Shown here piece by piece: positions 46,578 through 56,058 of a DNA stretch of 64,000 bases. The stretch covers positions 50,238 to 114,237 of the forward strand of contig CAZBMJ010000002.1 in the NCBI GenBank assembly GCA_964493205.1. The letters are read 5' to 3'. The notes below the pieces were generated by a model. It had not been told where the DNA came from. It worked only from the letters and a program-made list of their open reading frames with translations, and did no database searches. The position numbers and the translations under genes were made by a program. Source of the stretch: an uncultured Myxococcales bacterium. GTDB taxonomy: Bacteria; Myxococcota; UBA727; JABDBI01. Within the stretch, counting starts at the first letter, position 1. Each line of letters opens with the position of its first letter.

Positions 46578-48536
46578 ATGCAAATAGGTATTGTAAGAGC
46601 AGAAAATGACCAAGTAATTTGGCCACTTACTATCACTAATGGTCCAACTTCTAATAGTAATGTACAAGTAACATTTACATTACCTTCTGAGATTTCTTTT
46701 AATAATTCTACTATACTTCCTATAGGTTCTTATACAGGAATAGATGTTTGGACTATAGGAGCAATGACTCCTAATCAAGTTATAAATGCAAACATAGTTT
46801 TAAACTTCGATGGTCCTATTGGAGGACTATCTGAAGAATATTCTATAGTTGCTACAGTTACAGGTTTAGGAGATACTAATGGTACAAATAATGTAAAAAC
46901 AGATACTATTCTTTTTGAAGTATCTTCTTGTGATCCACTAGCAAGTGGGTCTAACTGTATTTCAGGACTTAAGTTTGACTTATCAGCTTGTAGTACTCCT
47001 TGTACTCAAGGTGCTACTGCTTTATGGAATATAGTAGCTTTATCAGAAGTTAATATAAATATAATTAGTTTTAATGTAAATACAGGTATAGGATATTATG
47101 AATTTATAGATCCTTCATTACCAGGTTCATTTACATGGGGATTAAGTTGTGTATTAGGATTAGATACAGTTGTTATCTGTTCTACTTATACAATGACACT
47201 TCATCCATTAATAGATGATAAAGATGTTTTTGACCATTCTGCCGATTTTATAGAAGGTTCTACATTAACAGCACCTCAGATAGCTTTATTAAAAGCTCAA
47301 CCTGCATACTCAGGTTTAACAAATGAACAAATCCAAGCATATTGCTGGGAAGCACTTTATAATGCAGATGGAGATTTAGTAGGTGGTTGGGCACACGATT
47401 GTACAGGAGAGCAAGATAGTAGACATTTTATATTTTGCTCAGAAGTTACTTGTGATAATACACCTAATCCATGTCCATCATGTCCATATAGTGATATGCC
47501 TGTAGATGTATCTGCTTATTTAACAAGTATTACAAATTATACTGCTGAGAAAGGAGATTTAATTACAATTTATCACATTGATGCAACTGCTGTATGGGAA
47601 TATAATGGTACAGCATGGGAGAGAACTAGTTGTGGATGTCAATGGAAGATTTCACAAGATGCAGATAATATACTTACATTAGGTACAGATAACGCACCTT
47701 ACTTATCAGATTCAGACTTACCTGTTTTAAATCCTTATCCTGTATCTTTTACAGTAACAGGAACAACAACTAAAACAGCAACAATAACTTTATCTAATGC
47801 AACAGTTCTTACTACTAATTTTACAGATATAGATACAAATACTACATATACTGTTGAAATAAATGATGGTAATATAGAGTTAATAGATCAAATGAACAAC
47901 GTTGTATCTTCAGTTCCTCTTCCTGCAGCAGTAGGAGATGATTGGGGAGTACAAGTTGTAGAACATGATGCTACTATAGCAGGTAATGGAACAGTAGCTT
48001 CTCCACTTACAATAGCTCAACAAGGAGCTACTAATGGACAAGTATTAAAATGGAATACTGCAAGTTCAACTTGGTTACCAGCAAATGATACAGATACAGA
48101 TACAGGAGAAGTAAATACAGCTTCAAATATAGGTGGTGGAGAAGAATTATTTAGTGCAAAAGTAGGAGTAGATTTACAATTTAGAACTCTTGTAGCAGGA
48201 GATAATGTCACAATTACAGAAGTTGGAGATACTTTAGAAATCGAAACATCTTGCGGATGTTGTAATTGTTTTGTAGACACTATTTATGATATAAGTGGTC
48301 CTGAATTACATTTAGTTCAATCAGGAGAGTGTGACAGAATTACAGGAGATATTATATGGCAATCAGCAGATGTTTTTGCTAATCCACCTGTATTTACAAC
48401 TCTTCAAACAGGTGGTTCTACTTATACTTTTATAGGTAGTTTTACAGAAAGAGCTATAAGAATACAATATACAGAGGATGGATGTACTAAATATTCACCG
48501 ATTAGACAAATTGTTGAAACAGTAGCAACACCTTAA
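46578..48536 (+). CDS. Putative tail/fibre-associated structural protein (652 aa)
   Basis: Large Thr/Ser/Gly/Asn-rich protein in the tail region. Confidence 0.4.
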   Translation: MQIGIVRAENDQVIWPLTITNGPTSNSNVQVTFTLPSEISFNNSTILPIGSYTGIDVWTIGAMTPNQVINANIVLNFDGPIGGLSEEYSIVATVTGLGDTNGTNNVKTDTILFEVSSCDPLASGSNCISGLKFDLSACSTPCTQGATALWNIVALSEVNINIISFNVNTGIGYYEFIDPSLPGSFTWGLSCVLGLDTVVICSTYTMTLHPLIDDKDVFDHSADFIEGSTLTAPQIALLKAQPAYSGLTNEQIQAYCWEALYNADGDLVGGWAHDCTGEQDSRHFIFCSEVTCDNTPNPCPSCPYSDMPVDVSAYLTSITNYTAEKGDLITIYHIDATAVWEYNGTAWERTSCGCQWKISQDADNILTLGTDNAPYLSDSDLPVLNPYPVSFTVTGTTTKTATITLSNATVLTTNFTDIDTNTTYTVEINDGNIELIDQMNNVVSSVPLPAAVGDDWGVQVVEHDATIAGNGTVASPLTIAQQGATNGQVLKWNTASSTWLPANDTDTDTGEVNTASNIGGGEELFSAKVGVDLQFRTLVAGDNVTITEVGDTLEIETSCGCCNCFVDTIYDISGPELHLVQSGECDRITGDIIWQSADVFANPPVFTTLQTGGSTYTFIGSFTERAIRIQYTEDGCTKYSPIRQIVETVATP

Positions 48537-48538
48537 TC

Positions 48539-48919
48539 ATGCATAAAGCAATAAATCCAACTCCAGCAGAAACAGCATGCTGTGCTGGGTACAGAGAATT
48601 TACTTTTTACGGTGAATCATCTGCAATAGTAGGTGAACCAATAGATTATGCAATTTATAATAAAACTGCGAGTAATTATATTCACGGAGAAGTACAAACA
48701 ATATCATTAACAGCAATGATGATAACAATACCATCTTTATCTTTGTATGAATTAGGTTTTATTAATACACAAGTTTTAGGTACTACACAGGATTCAGCTC
48801 ATGTTAATATAACTTTTAATGGAGATAATACAGTTACAATAGAAACTCCAAATCTGTTAAGTACTTTATTAGGTGTCTTTACTATTAAAATTTGGATGAA
48901 TCATTTAATATTAATATGA
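48539..48919 (+). CDS. Fibre-associated small protein, paralog 1
   Basis: ETACCAGYREFTFYG...FTIKIWMNHLILI. Confidence 0.45.
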   Translation: MHKAINPTPAETACCAGYREFTFYGESSAIVGEPIDYAIYNKTASNYIHGEVQTISLTAMMITIPSLSLYELGFINTQVLGTTQDSAHVNITFNGDNTVTIETPNLLSTLLGVFTIKIWMNHLILI

Positions 48920-49278
48920 AACTAGAAGCATCTAAAAAACTTATAGTAGATACATCATGCTGTGTAGGATATAAAGAATTTACTTTCTATAGAAATGTTC
49001 AAACAGATGAAACATTTATAATAAATAGTACAAGTTTAAATTATATACAAGGTATTGTAACTCAAATTTCAGATACAGTTTCAATAAGTTTTCCATCATT
49101 GTTAGGTAAAATACTTAATGAAAAATCTGTAGAAGTTTTGGAAAATTCTGTAATACATAGTTATAATGTAACCATACTTTATCCTGGAAATAATACAATA
49201 TCATTTGTTGCATTTCCTTATGGAGTTAGAGGAACATTTACAATAAGAATTTGGATTAACCAATTAGAACTAATATAA
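48892..49278 (+). CDS. Fibre-associated small protein, paralog 2. The start is probably ATG at 48916, overlapping the upstream stop as ATGA.
   Basis: DTSCCVGYKEFTFYR...FTIRIWINQLELI is shared with 48539. Confidence 0.45.
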   Translation: MDESFNINMKLEASKKLIVDTSCCVGYKEFTFYRNVQTDETFIINSTSLNYIQGIVTQISDTVSISFPSLLGKILNEKSVEVLENSVIHSYNVTILYPGNNTISFVAFPYGVRGTFTIRIWINQLELI

Positions 49279-49280
49279 TA

Positions 49281-51251
49281 ATGACAGACTTAAATATAGA
49301 AAAAAGATTAAAAAAACTTGAGAGACAACTTTGCTGTATAGACAAAGAAGTACAATTTTTTGATACCTTTGGTGATTTTCCACTAACAGGTTCAGAAAAT
49401 AATTTATATGTAGATAATTCTACAGGTGATATTTATATCTGGGATGGGGCGGCTTACATTACTACAACAGATTCAGATAGATTTCATACAAACATAGTAG
49501 GAGTTGCTGATTATAATAGTGGTTTACCATTAACAGGGTGGACAGCACCAGCATTATCTACAAATGGAGATACAGTAAGTGTACTATTTACAGATAATGT
49601 AATAGGTAATTATACATTTATGGGTGGAGTGTGGGTGCTAAATTATATTGAAGAACAAGAAGCTTTAAACGGTTTAAGAATACTTGCTACAGGAGAAGCT
49701 GTAAGGGGTTCGGATAGTTCATCTGATGCCAAAGGCTCTGCATTGACAGCCGCTACATATAACCACTTAAACTCATTTTCAGATAATTGGGTACAAGGAG
49801 GCACGTCAATTTTTAGTATATTTCCAACAGCTAATTCTGTAAATAGAATAGTGACTATACAAAACGGTGATTTGGAAGTCAACGGGATTCGAGTGGGTAA
49901 AAGTAAAGGGAATAGAGCAAATAATACGGTGGTTGGTGGTTTATCCTTAGAATCAATTACAACGGGAGATTATAATACTGCTATAGGTTTTGCATCTATG
50001 TATAATACTACAACAGGAGGTTTTAATACAGTATTTGGAGTAAGGGCATTACAGTTAAACGTTAGTGGTTCAGGAAATCAGGCGTTTGGTGATTTTGCAG
50101 GGTATGGTGCAACAGGTTCAAACAATATAGCTATAGGGTCATCTGCCTTATATCAAAACACTGGGTCTACTAATATAGCTATTGGTAGGGGAGCAATGTA
50201 TAACGGAACTGGAAATAATAGTATTGCTATTGGGTTAAATTCTATGCAAAATAGTACGGCAAATAATAATATTGGGGTTGGAAATTTATCTATGAGGTTA
50301 AACACCACAGGATATTACAATACCGCAATAGGTCACAACAGTTTAGAGAATAACACAACAGGGTTTTTAAATACTGCTATTGGTTATTATTCAATGGTTA
50401 ACAACACAACAGGTACGCTCAATACAGCTGTTGGTGCTTCAACATTATTTGATAATACTACTGGAAGTGAAAATACTGCAATTGGTAGGGAGAGTAGCAG
50501 GAACAATACTACTGGCAATAGTAATGTATCAGTTGGTTATTTCTCAAACACAAATAATTCTACAGGAGACAATAACGTAGCTCTTGGGGTAGCGGCTATG
50601 CTTAACGCTAATGGTAGCTCCCGTCAAACAGCAGTAGGTAGAAATGCCCTTATATTAAGTACTCTAGGTTTTGAAAATACTGCAATAGGCTACAATACAT
50701 TGTGGAATTTAAGGGCAGGTTGTGATAATAATACTGTTTTAGGTACATTTGCGGGGGAAAGTATAGGAGCAATAGTATTTGCAGGAAACATAATACCAGG
50801 AAACACATATACAATTCAAACAGTTGGAACTTCAGATTTTACATTAATTGGTTCTCCAGACAATATCGTAGGAACAACTTTTGTTGCATCAGGACCAACC
50901 CCAGGAACAGGTTATGTATATCCAGAATATGTATCAAATAATAATACCCTTGTAGGACACAGTGCAGGAATTAATCTACGTGAAGGTGAAGCGAATACTG
51001 TTATAGGTGCTAACATCCAAGTACCGAATGCTTTTACTAATAATCATGTAGTTATAGGTGATGGAGATGGTAACGTTAGAATGATAACTAATGATTTAGG
51101 AGACACCACATTTACAGGTACAGGAGCTATAACAGTTCCTGTTGGAGACACAGCACAACAACCAGCAACTCCAGTAACAGGAATGATGAGATTTAACACT
51201 GATGGTCCAAGGATGGAATATTATGATGGAACTGTATGGGTGCCTTTTTAA
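49281..51251 (+). CDS. Tail fibre protein with ~13 tandem NTAIG-type repeats
   Basis: YNTAIGFASMYNTTTGGFNTVFG...NIAIGSSALYQNTGSTNIAIGRGAMYNGTGNNSIAIG...NTAIGHNSL...NTAIGYYSM... The C-terminus MMRFNTDGPRMEYYDGTVWVPF resembles fibre-tip folds. Confidence 0.55.
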   Translation: MTDLNIEKRLKKLERQLCCIDKEVQFFDTFGDFPLTGSENNLYVDNSTGDIYIWDGAAYITTTDSDRFHTNIVGVADYNSGLPLTGWTAPALSTNGDTVSVLFTDNVIGNYTFMGGVWVLNYIEEQEALNGLRILATGEAVRGSDSSSDAKGSALTAATYNHLNSFSDNWVQGGTSIFSIFPTANSVNRIVTIQNGDLEVNGIRVGKSKGNRANNTVVGGLSLESITTGDYNTAIGFASMYNTTTGGFNTVFGVRALQLNVSGSGNQAFGDFAGYGATGSNNIAIGSSALYQNTGSTNIAIGRGAMYNGTGNNSIAIGLNSMQNSTANNNIGVGNLSMRLNTTGYYNTAIGHNSLENNTTGFLNTAIGYYSMVNNTTGTLNTAVGASTLFDNTTGSENTAIGRESSRNNTTGNSNVSVGYFSNTNNSTGDNNVALGVAAMLNANGSSRQTAVGRNALILSTLGFENTAIGYNTLWNLRAGCDNNTVLGTFAGESIGAIVFAGNIIPGNTYTIQTVGTSDFTLIGSPDNIVGTTFVASGPTPGTGYVYPEYVSNNNTLVGHSAGINLREGEANTVIGANIQVPNAFTNNHVVIGDGDGNVRMITNDLGDTTFTGTGAITVPVGDTAQQPATPVTGMMRFNTDGPRMEYYDGTVWVPF

Positions 51252-51371
51252 TTAATTAAAAATATATGAAGTATTTAATAAAATTAATGAAATTTTTTAT
51301 ATCAAAATGTAAAAGGCATATTTGTGTAACAAATGGAAATTTTAGTACTAGTGTAGGAATGTCTACACTTA

Positions 51372-51581
51372 ATGATACAAACACAGGAACGTTTGGAACA
51401 GGGTGGGGTAAAAACTATAATAAATAAGATGGAATATAATTTAACATTAAATTTAGAACAAATACAAGTATTAAGTTTAGCACTTGGTAAACTACCATTT
51501 GAAATAGTAGCACCAGTTATAAATGTAATACAAAAACAGATTAATGAACAAGATTTAAATAATAAAAAAGAAGAAAAATGA
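51372..51581 (+). CDS. Hypothetical protein (69 aa)
   Basis: Complete ORF. Confidence 0.35.
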   Translation: MIQTQERLEQGGVKTIINKMEYNLTLNLEQIQVLSLALGKLPFEIVAPVINVIQKQINEQDLNNKKEEK

Positions 51582-52228
51582 GAACAAGATTTTTAGCACT
51601 ATTATTTATCCTACTTTTTGTCGGGTGTTTAAAAGACGATACACTTACAGATAAAGTAGTTACTGAAAACAATCAAAATAATCAAGGTTATTTTATTTAC
51701 CTTGAAGATTTAGTAAATTTCAGATCTGGACCACAAGGAATACTAGGAACTCAGAATATGGTTTATGATAACATATTCGAGGTAACATCAACAAATAAGA
51801 GAGAGTTTATTTTTGTTAACTTATTTCTAATCAAGAATGGTACTAAAATTCCATCGCTTCCATTTGAAGAAGCTAATGTAGGAATAGAAAGATGTGGTAC
51901 ATATAATCATATTATTAATTGGAAAGACAATGATATTCCACTTGTTTTTACAAGAGATTTATCTAAATACACTGGAACTACTACAACTACATTTATACCA
52001 AATATTTCTTTTAATAACCTTCAGAATGGAGGTACTGTTAAAGCTCTAAAATATGTTTTAATTGGGATGACAACAACACAAGTTACGCATAACTTCGGAA
52101 CTCATAAAGTTCAAAAGGGGATATTTCAAAAATACCTTTATGATAAAGGTAAATGGGTATTCCTTGAAACAAAAGAGATAGAACCAAATAACAAGGGAGG
52201 GATGTTTAATCTTCCAGTATTGTTTTAA
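51578..52228 (+). CDS. Putative lipoprotein
   Basis: Signal peptide MRTRFLALLFILLFVGC with lipobox-like LFVGC. Confidence 0.45.
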   Translation: MRTRFLALLFILLFVGCLKDDTLTDKVVTENNQNNQGYFIYLEDLVNFRSGPQGILGTQNMVYDNIFEVTSTNKREFIFVNLFLIKNGTKIPSLPFEEANVGIERCGTYNHIINWKDNDIPLVFTRDLSKYTGTTTTTFIPNISFNNLQNGGTVKALKYVLIGMTTTQVTHNFGTHKVQKGIFQKYLYDKGKWVFLETKEIEPNNKGGMFNLPVLF

Positions 52229-52240
52229 TTCTTAATATAA

Positions 52241-52495
52241 GTGTATAATTTAAAAACTATGAAGTTATTAACAATTATATTATTATCGTTAATACCATTC
52301 AGTTTTAAAAATAATACTCAAGATTTAAGGGAGGTTTGGGGCGAACCAATATTAATAACTAAAAACATAGATGGAGTTTTCTCTTACGATCTATCTAAAG
52401 TAGATCCTTCATTAAACATTATCTTTAAGTTTGAGATAACAGTAAACTGTCCAAAAGACACAATCATTATTAAACCAGGTTATAAAAAAATTTAG
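52241..52495 (+). CDS. Small secreted protein (84 aa)
   Basis: Signal-like MKLLTIILLSLIPFSF. Confidence 0.4.
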   Translation: MYNLKTMKLLTIILLSLIPFSFKNNTQDLREVWGEPILITKNIDGVFSYDLSKVDPSLNIIFKFEITVNCPKDTIIIKPGYKKI

Positions 52496-52501
52496 AAATA
52501 T

Positions 52502-52831
52502 ATGAATTTAGGGGAAATTTTATCAGAGTACATAGGGGAAGCAATAGTGGGAGGTATCTCAGCTCTGACCACTTGGTATTTTACCAAGAGGAGAGATACC
52601 GCAGAAACCAGAGTAATTGAAGCAGATGCTATTGGTAATATGCAAACAGTATATGACCACTTTGTAGCGGATACAAAAAATAAAATTGAAGAGTTAGTAG
52701 CAGAAATAGCAAAACTAACTGCTGAAGTTAGAGATTTAAGGGTTGAAACAAAACTCTTAGAAAAAGATTTAGAAGATTGTAGAAAAGGTATACACAGTGT
52801 AATAGCACCTATTAAATCAAGAAAAAATTAA
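52502..52831 (+). CDS. Holin-like protein; tentative
   Basis: N-terminal TM AIVGGISALTTWYF followed by a charged stretch and a coiled coil. Immediately upstream of the endolysin. Confidence 0.35.
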   Translation: MNLGEILSEYIGEAIVGGISALTTWYFTKRRDTAETRVIEADAIGNMQTVYDHFVADTKNKIEELVAEIAKLTAEVRDLRVETKLLEKDLEDCRKGIHSVIAPIKSRKN

Positions 52832-52837
52832 TATAAT

Positions 52838-53293
52838 ATGTATGATGAAATAGAGGAAATTTATGGTAAACCTTGTAGAGAGAGTAATCTTACATTTGCT
52901 TCTATTCCCTTTCCATTAATTATTGCGTGGGATAAAACAAAAACAACGAGAAGAATAAAATGTCACAAACTTGTAAAAGATGACGTAGAAAATATTTTTA
53001 AAGACCTACTTAGGGAGTATGGACTAAAAAAATTAGAAGAGCTTGAGATAAATGTTTTCGGAGGTTGTTACGAGTGTAGAAATATGCGCAACGGAACAAG
53101 AAAATCAATGCATTCATGGGCTATAGCAATAGACCTCAACCCGGAGAAGAATGGCTTAAAAACAAGATTTAGACAAGCGCAATTCTCAGGGCGTGAGTAT
53201 AAAAAGATGATGGACATCTTCTATAAATATGGTTGGATTAATTTAGGTAAAGAAAAGAATTATGATTCAATGCATTTTGAGAAGAAGATATAA
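52838..53293 (+). CDS. Endolysin, peptidase M15 (L-Ala-D-Glu or VanY-like) family
   Basis: SMHSWAIAIDLNPE matches the SxHxxGxAxD zinc-binding motif. C-terminal YDSMHFE matches D..H. Confidence 0.65.
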   Translation: MYDEIEEIYGKPCRESNLTFASIPFPLIIAWDKTKTTRRIKCHKLVKDDVENIFKDLLREYGLKKLEELEINVFGGCYECRNMRNGTRKSMHSWAIAIDLNPEKNGLKTRFRQAQFSGREYKKMMDIFYKYGWINLGKEKNYDSMHFEKKI

Positions 53294-53295
53294 GT

Positions 53296-53871
53296 ATGAA
53301 TAAAAATGAAAATAATTCTTGCACACACAGAGAATGTTATAAGTGCAGAGAAGTAAAAGAGTTAACACCCGAAAATTTTCATAGGAGTAAGAATAGATTA
53401 TTAGGTTTTGAATATAAATGCAAAGGGTGTTCCAAAATTAGGACTTGGAAGTTTAATGGTAAGAGGATTTTAACTGAAGAGCAAAAAGAAAGGAAAAAAG
53501 AGTTAAGCCATAAATATCATAAGACATTTAAGTATAGAGTAATGTCTTTACTTAAAGCTTATGAAACATCTGACAGAAAGAAAAATTACTATTTTAACTT
53601 AACTAAGGAAGATATAAAATTAGCTTTAGAATCAAGCTGTACTTATTGTGGGTTTCCAGCAACTGGTATGGATAGAGTAGATAATAACTTAGGCCATACT
53701 AAAGAAAACTGTGTTCCAGCTTGTATGCATTGTAATGTAGCAAGAATGGACAACTTCTCACATAAAGAGATGTTTATAATAGGAGAAGCAATAAGAAGGG
53801 TTAGGTTACTAAGACTAATTGAAGAAGAAAATAAACAATTTATAACAGGTACAGAATACGTAAGAGTATAA
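53296..53871 (+). CDS. HNH homing endonuclease inserted in the lysis cassette
   Basis: N-terminal CxxC...CxxC zinc finger. SCTYCGFPATGMDRVDNNLGHTKENCVPACMHCNVARMD is the HNH core. Confidence 0.7.
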   Translation: MNKNENNSCTHRECYKCREVKELTPENFHRSKNRLLGFEYKCKGCSKIRTWKFNGKRILTEEQKERKKELSHKYHKTFKYRVMSLLKAYETSDRKKNYYFNLTKEDIKLALESSCTYCGFPATGMDRVDNNLGHTKENCVPACMHCNVARMDNFSHKEMFIIGEAIRRVRLLRLIEEENKQFITGTEYVRV

Positions 53872-53877
53872 CAAATA

Positions 53878-54252
53878 ATGACAGTAAAAAAAGTAAAATG
53901 GTATAACCTGTTTTGGGTTAGAATTTTAGGGGTAGTTTTAATTTTAATTTTAATTTACTTCGGGGCGACTAAAACAGTAACATATTATAACTTAAACGAA
54001 TATTTAAAAACTGAAATAGAAACCTTAAAAAAGAAGAATGTTCAATTAGATTCTCTTTACAATCAAGAGAAAGTTAAAAAAGAGAAGATAAAAATAATAA
54101 GGGAAAGAATTCAAGTTGGGGAGGATATTGAAAAAGTAAAAAAACTTCAAAAACAACTAGAAGAACTAAGAAAACAACAACTACCAAAAGTAGAAAAAAT
54201 AGAACCAGAAGAACTGAACAAATACTTTCAAGACTTACTAAAAGAAAAATAA
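53878..54252 (+). CDS. TM plus coiled-coil protein, spanin-like or holin-like; tentative
   Basis: TM WVRILGVVLILILIYFGA followed by a K/E-rich coiled coil. Confidence 0.35.
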   Translation: MTVKKVKWYNLFWVRILGVVLILILIYFGATKTVTYYNLNEYLKTEIETLKKKNVQLDSLYNQEKVKKEKIKIIRERIQVGEDIEKVKKLQKQLEELRKQQLPKVEKIEPEELNKYFQDLLKEK

Positions 54253-54253
54253 C

Positions 54254-54733
54254 ATGTTAAATTTAAAACAAAGAACAAACAATTCAGTACAATTACCAGA
54301 CGATACAGATGCTGCATTATTCCTAAATGATGATGAAAAATTAGTACTAAAAAATGATGCAGGAGTAATAGAAACAATAGCTACTGTAGAAGGATTAGCT
54401 GCGGCTGAACCTAAAGTATACTTAGCTTTACTTACTCAAAGTGGCTCAGATGCACCAGAAGCTACGGTGTTGAAGAATACTTTAGGTGGTACGGTAGTTT
54501 GGAGTTTTGATGACCCAGGTAGGTATATTGGAACATTAGAGTCGGCATTTACATTTGAAAAGACATCAATATTTATTGCAAATCCAGATAAAAATGCAGT
54601 TGGTTCTGCTGGCGTTTCTTCAGTAAGTATTTCAAGTGTTAATACTATTATAGTTTTAACGTTTGATAGCAATTTTATAGCTAATAATTCACTACTATTT
54701 GGAACCCCAATCTCAATAGAAGTCTACGAATAA
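54254..54733 (+). CDS. Hypothetical protein (159 aa)
   Basis: Complete ORF with less AT-biased composition. Confidence 0.4.
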   Translation: MLNLKQRTNNSVQLPDDTDAALFLNDDEKLVLKNDAGVIETIATVEGLAAAEPKVYLALLTQSGSDAPEATVLKNTLGGTVVWSFDDPGRYIGTLESAFTFEKTSIFIANPDKNAVGSAGVSSVSISSVNTIIVLTFDSNFIANNSLLFGTPISIEVYE

Positions 54734-54744
54734 AAACAATCTAA

Positions 54745-55224
54745 GTGAATAAACTAATAACAATATTACTTCTATTTTTAAGTACTACTGTATTTTCTCA
54801 AACAGAAAAAGATATAATTTATAATAAAGAAGATACAACTTGGACACTTCAATATAATCATATGTTATCTATTAGAGAGAATATTGAAAACTTAAAAAAT
54901 GAAAAAGATAAACTTAAAGAGGAAATACACTTATTAGATAGTATACAAAGAGAATCCTCTATGGTAATTAAAAAATTACAATTACGAGATACTTTATGTA
55001 CAGTAGAGATTCAACACTATCAAACAATGGACTCTATAATGAGAGAAAAAATTAATAGATATGAAGTAATTACAACTAATTATAACATGCTTTTACTTTC
55101 TACACAAGATCAATTAGATTTAGAAGCTAAGAAAGCGAAGCGAGAAAAACTATTAAAAAATATATATAAATATGGTTATCCTGCATTAGCTGCTATAGGA
55201 ACTTTAATTGTAATTCTAAAATAA
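54745..55224 (+). CDS. Secreted coiled-coil protein with a C-terminal TM
   Basis: Signal MNKLITILLLFLSTTVFSQ. C-terminal YPALAAIGTLIVILK. Confidence 0.4.
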   Translation: MNKLITILLLFLSTTVFSQTEKDIIYNKEDTTWTLQYNHMLSIRENIENLKNEKDKLKEEIHLLDSIQRESSMVIKKLQLRDTLCTVEIQHYQTMDSIMREKINRYEVITTNYNMLLLSTQDQLDLEAKKAKREKLLKNIYKYGYPALAAIGTLIVILK

Positions 55225-55278
55225 AAAAATAGGTTTTAATAATTCTATCTATATATAAAACATAAATAGTAACTTTGC

Positions 55279-56058
55279 ATGATTGAAAATAAGTTATCAG
55301 AACTAGGAAAATTAAATAAAAAATCTTTATATTATAATTTACCTTATAATACTACTAAAGATTTAAATTTAATATTATTAAGTTATGCAAATACATCTTG
55401 TTTAGATTCAGAAGAACTATCTGTATATAAGAATTATATAAAAAAATTAACATTTGATTGTACTACTAGTAAGCCTACATTGTTTGTTAATAGTGTAAAT
55501 AAATCTATATGGGAAGAAAATAATCCTGAATGTGTAAATAGAAAGCAATGGGAAAAAATTGCTTTAAAAATTTGTAATAAGTATACAATAGAAATAGAAA
55601 AAATACCTTTAGATACTGTATGTGATATTTCTTTTGAAATAGTTAAAAAAACAATATCTTGTGAAGTTTTAACCACAATAGCTCTACAAAAAAAGCTATG
55701 TGATTTAAATATAACTATAAATAGAACTAAAGATGAATGTGCTACAGATTATAAACTTCTGATAGAAAAATATCCATCTTGTAATTTAAATAAAAAAGAA
55801 TACTTCTGTCTTATAGATAGTAACTTCTCATTTGAAATGGTATCATTAATCTACGATAATAATCTTAGTTTAGAAGTAGATTCCAAAGGCAAGGTAACTC
55901 TTATATCTCCTATAAGACGTTATAAAATACCTGATGAGTTAAAAGTAAATGATGTTATTTATACATCAGATAAACAATTCATTCATAAAATATTACAAGA
56001 CTATAATATATCTAAAAAAACTAAAGAAAATATAATAAATGAACTCAAACAAATATGA
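55279..56058 (+). CDS. Hypothetical Cys-containing protein (259 aa)
   Basis: Complete ORF. Overlaps the start of the giant gene by 20 nt. Confidence 0.4.
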   Translation: MIENKLSELGKLNKKSLYYNLPYNTTKDLNLILLSYANTSCLDSEELSVYKNYIKKLTFDCTTSKPTLFVNSVNKSIWEENNPECVNRKQWEKIALKICNKYTIEIEKIPLDTVCDISFEIVKKTISCEVLTTIALQKKLCDLNITINRTKDECATDYKLLIEKYPSCNLNKKEYFCLIDSNFSFEMVSLIYDNNLSLEVDSKGKVTLISPIRRYKIPDELKVNDVIYTSDKQFIHKILQDYNISKKTKENIINELKQI

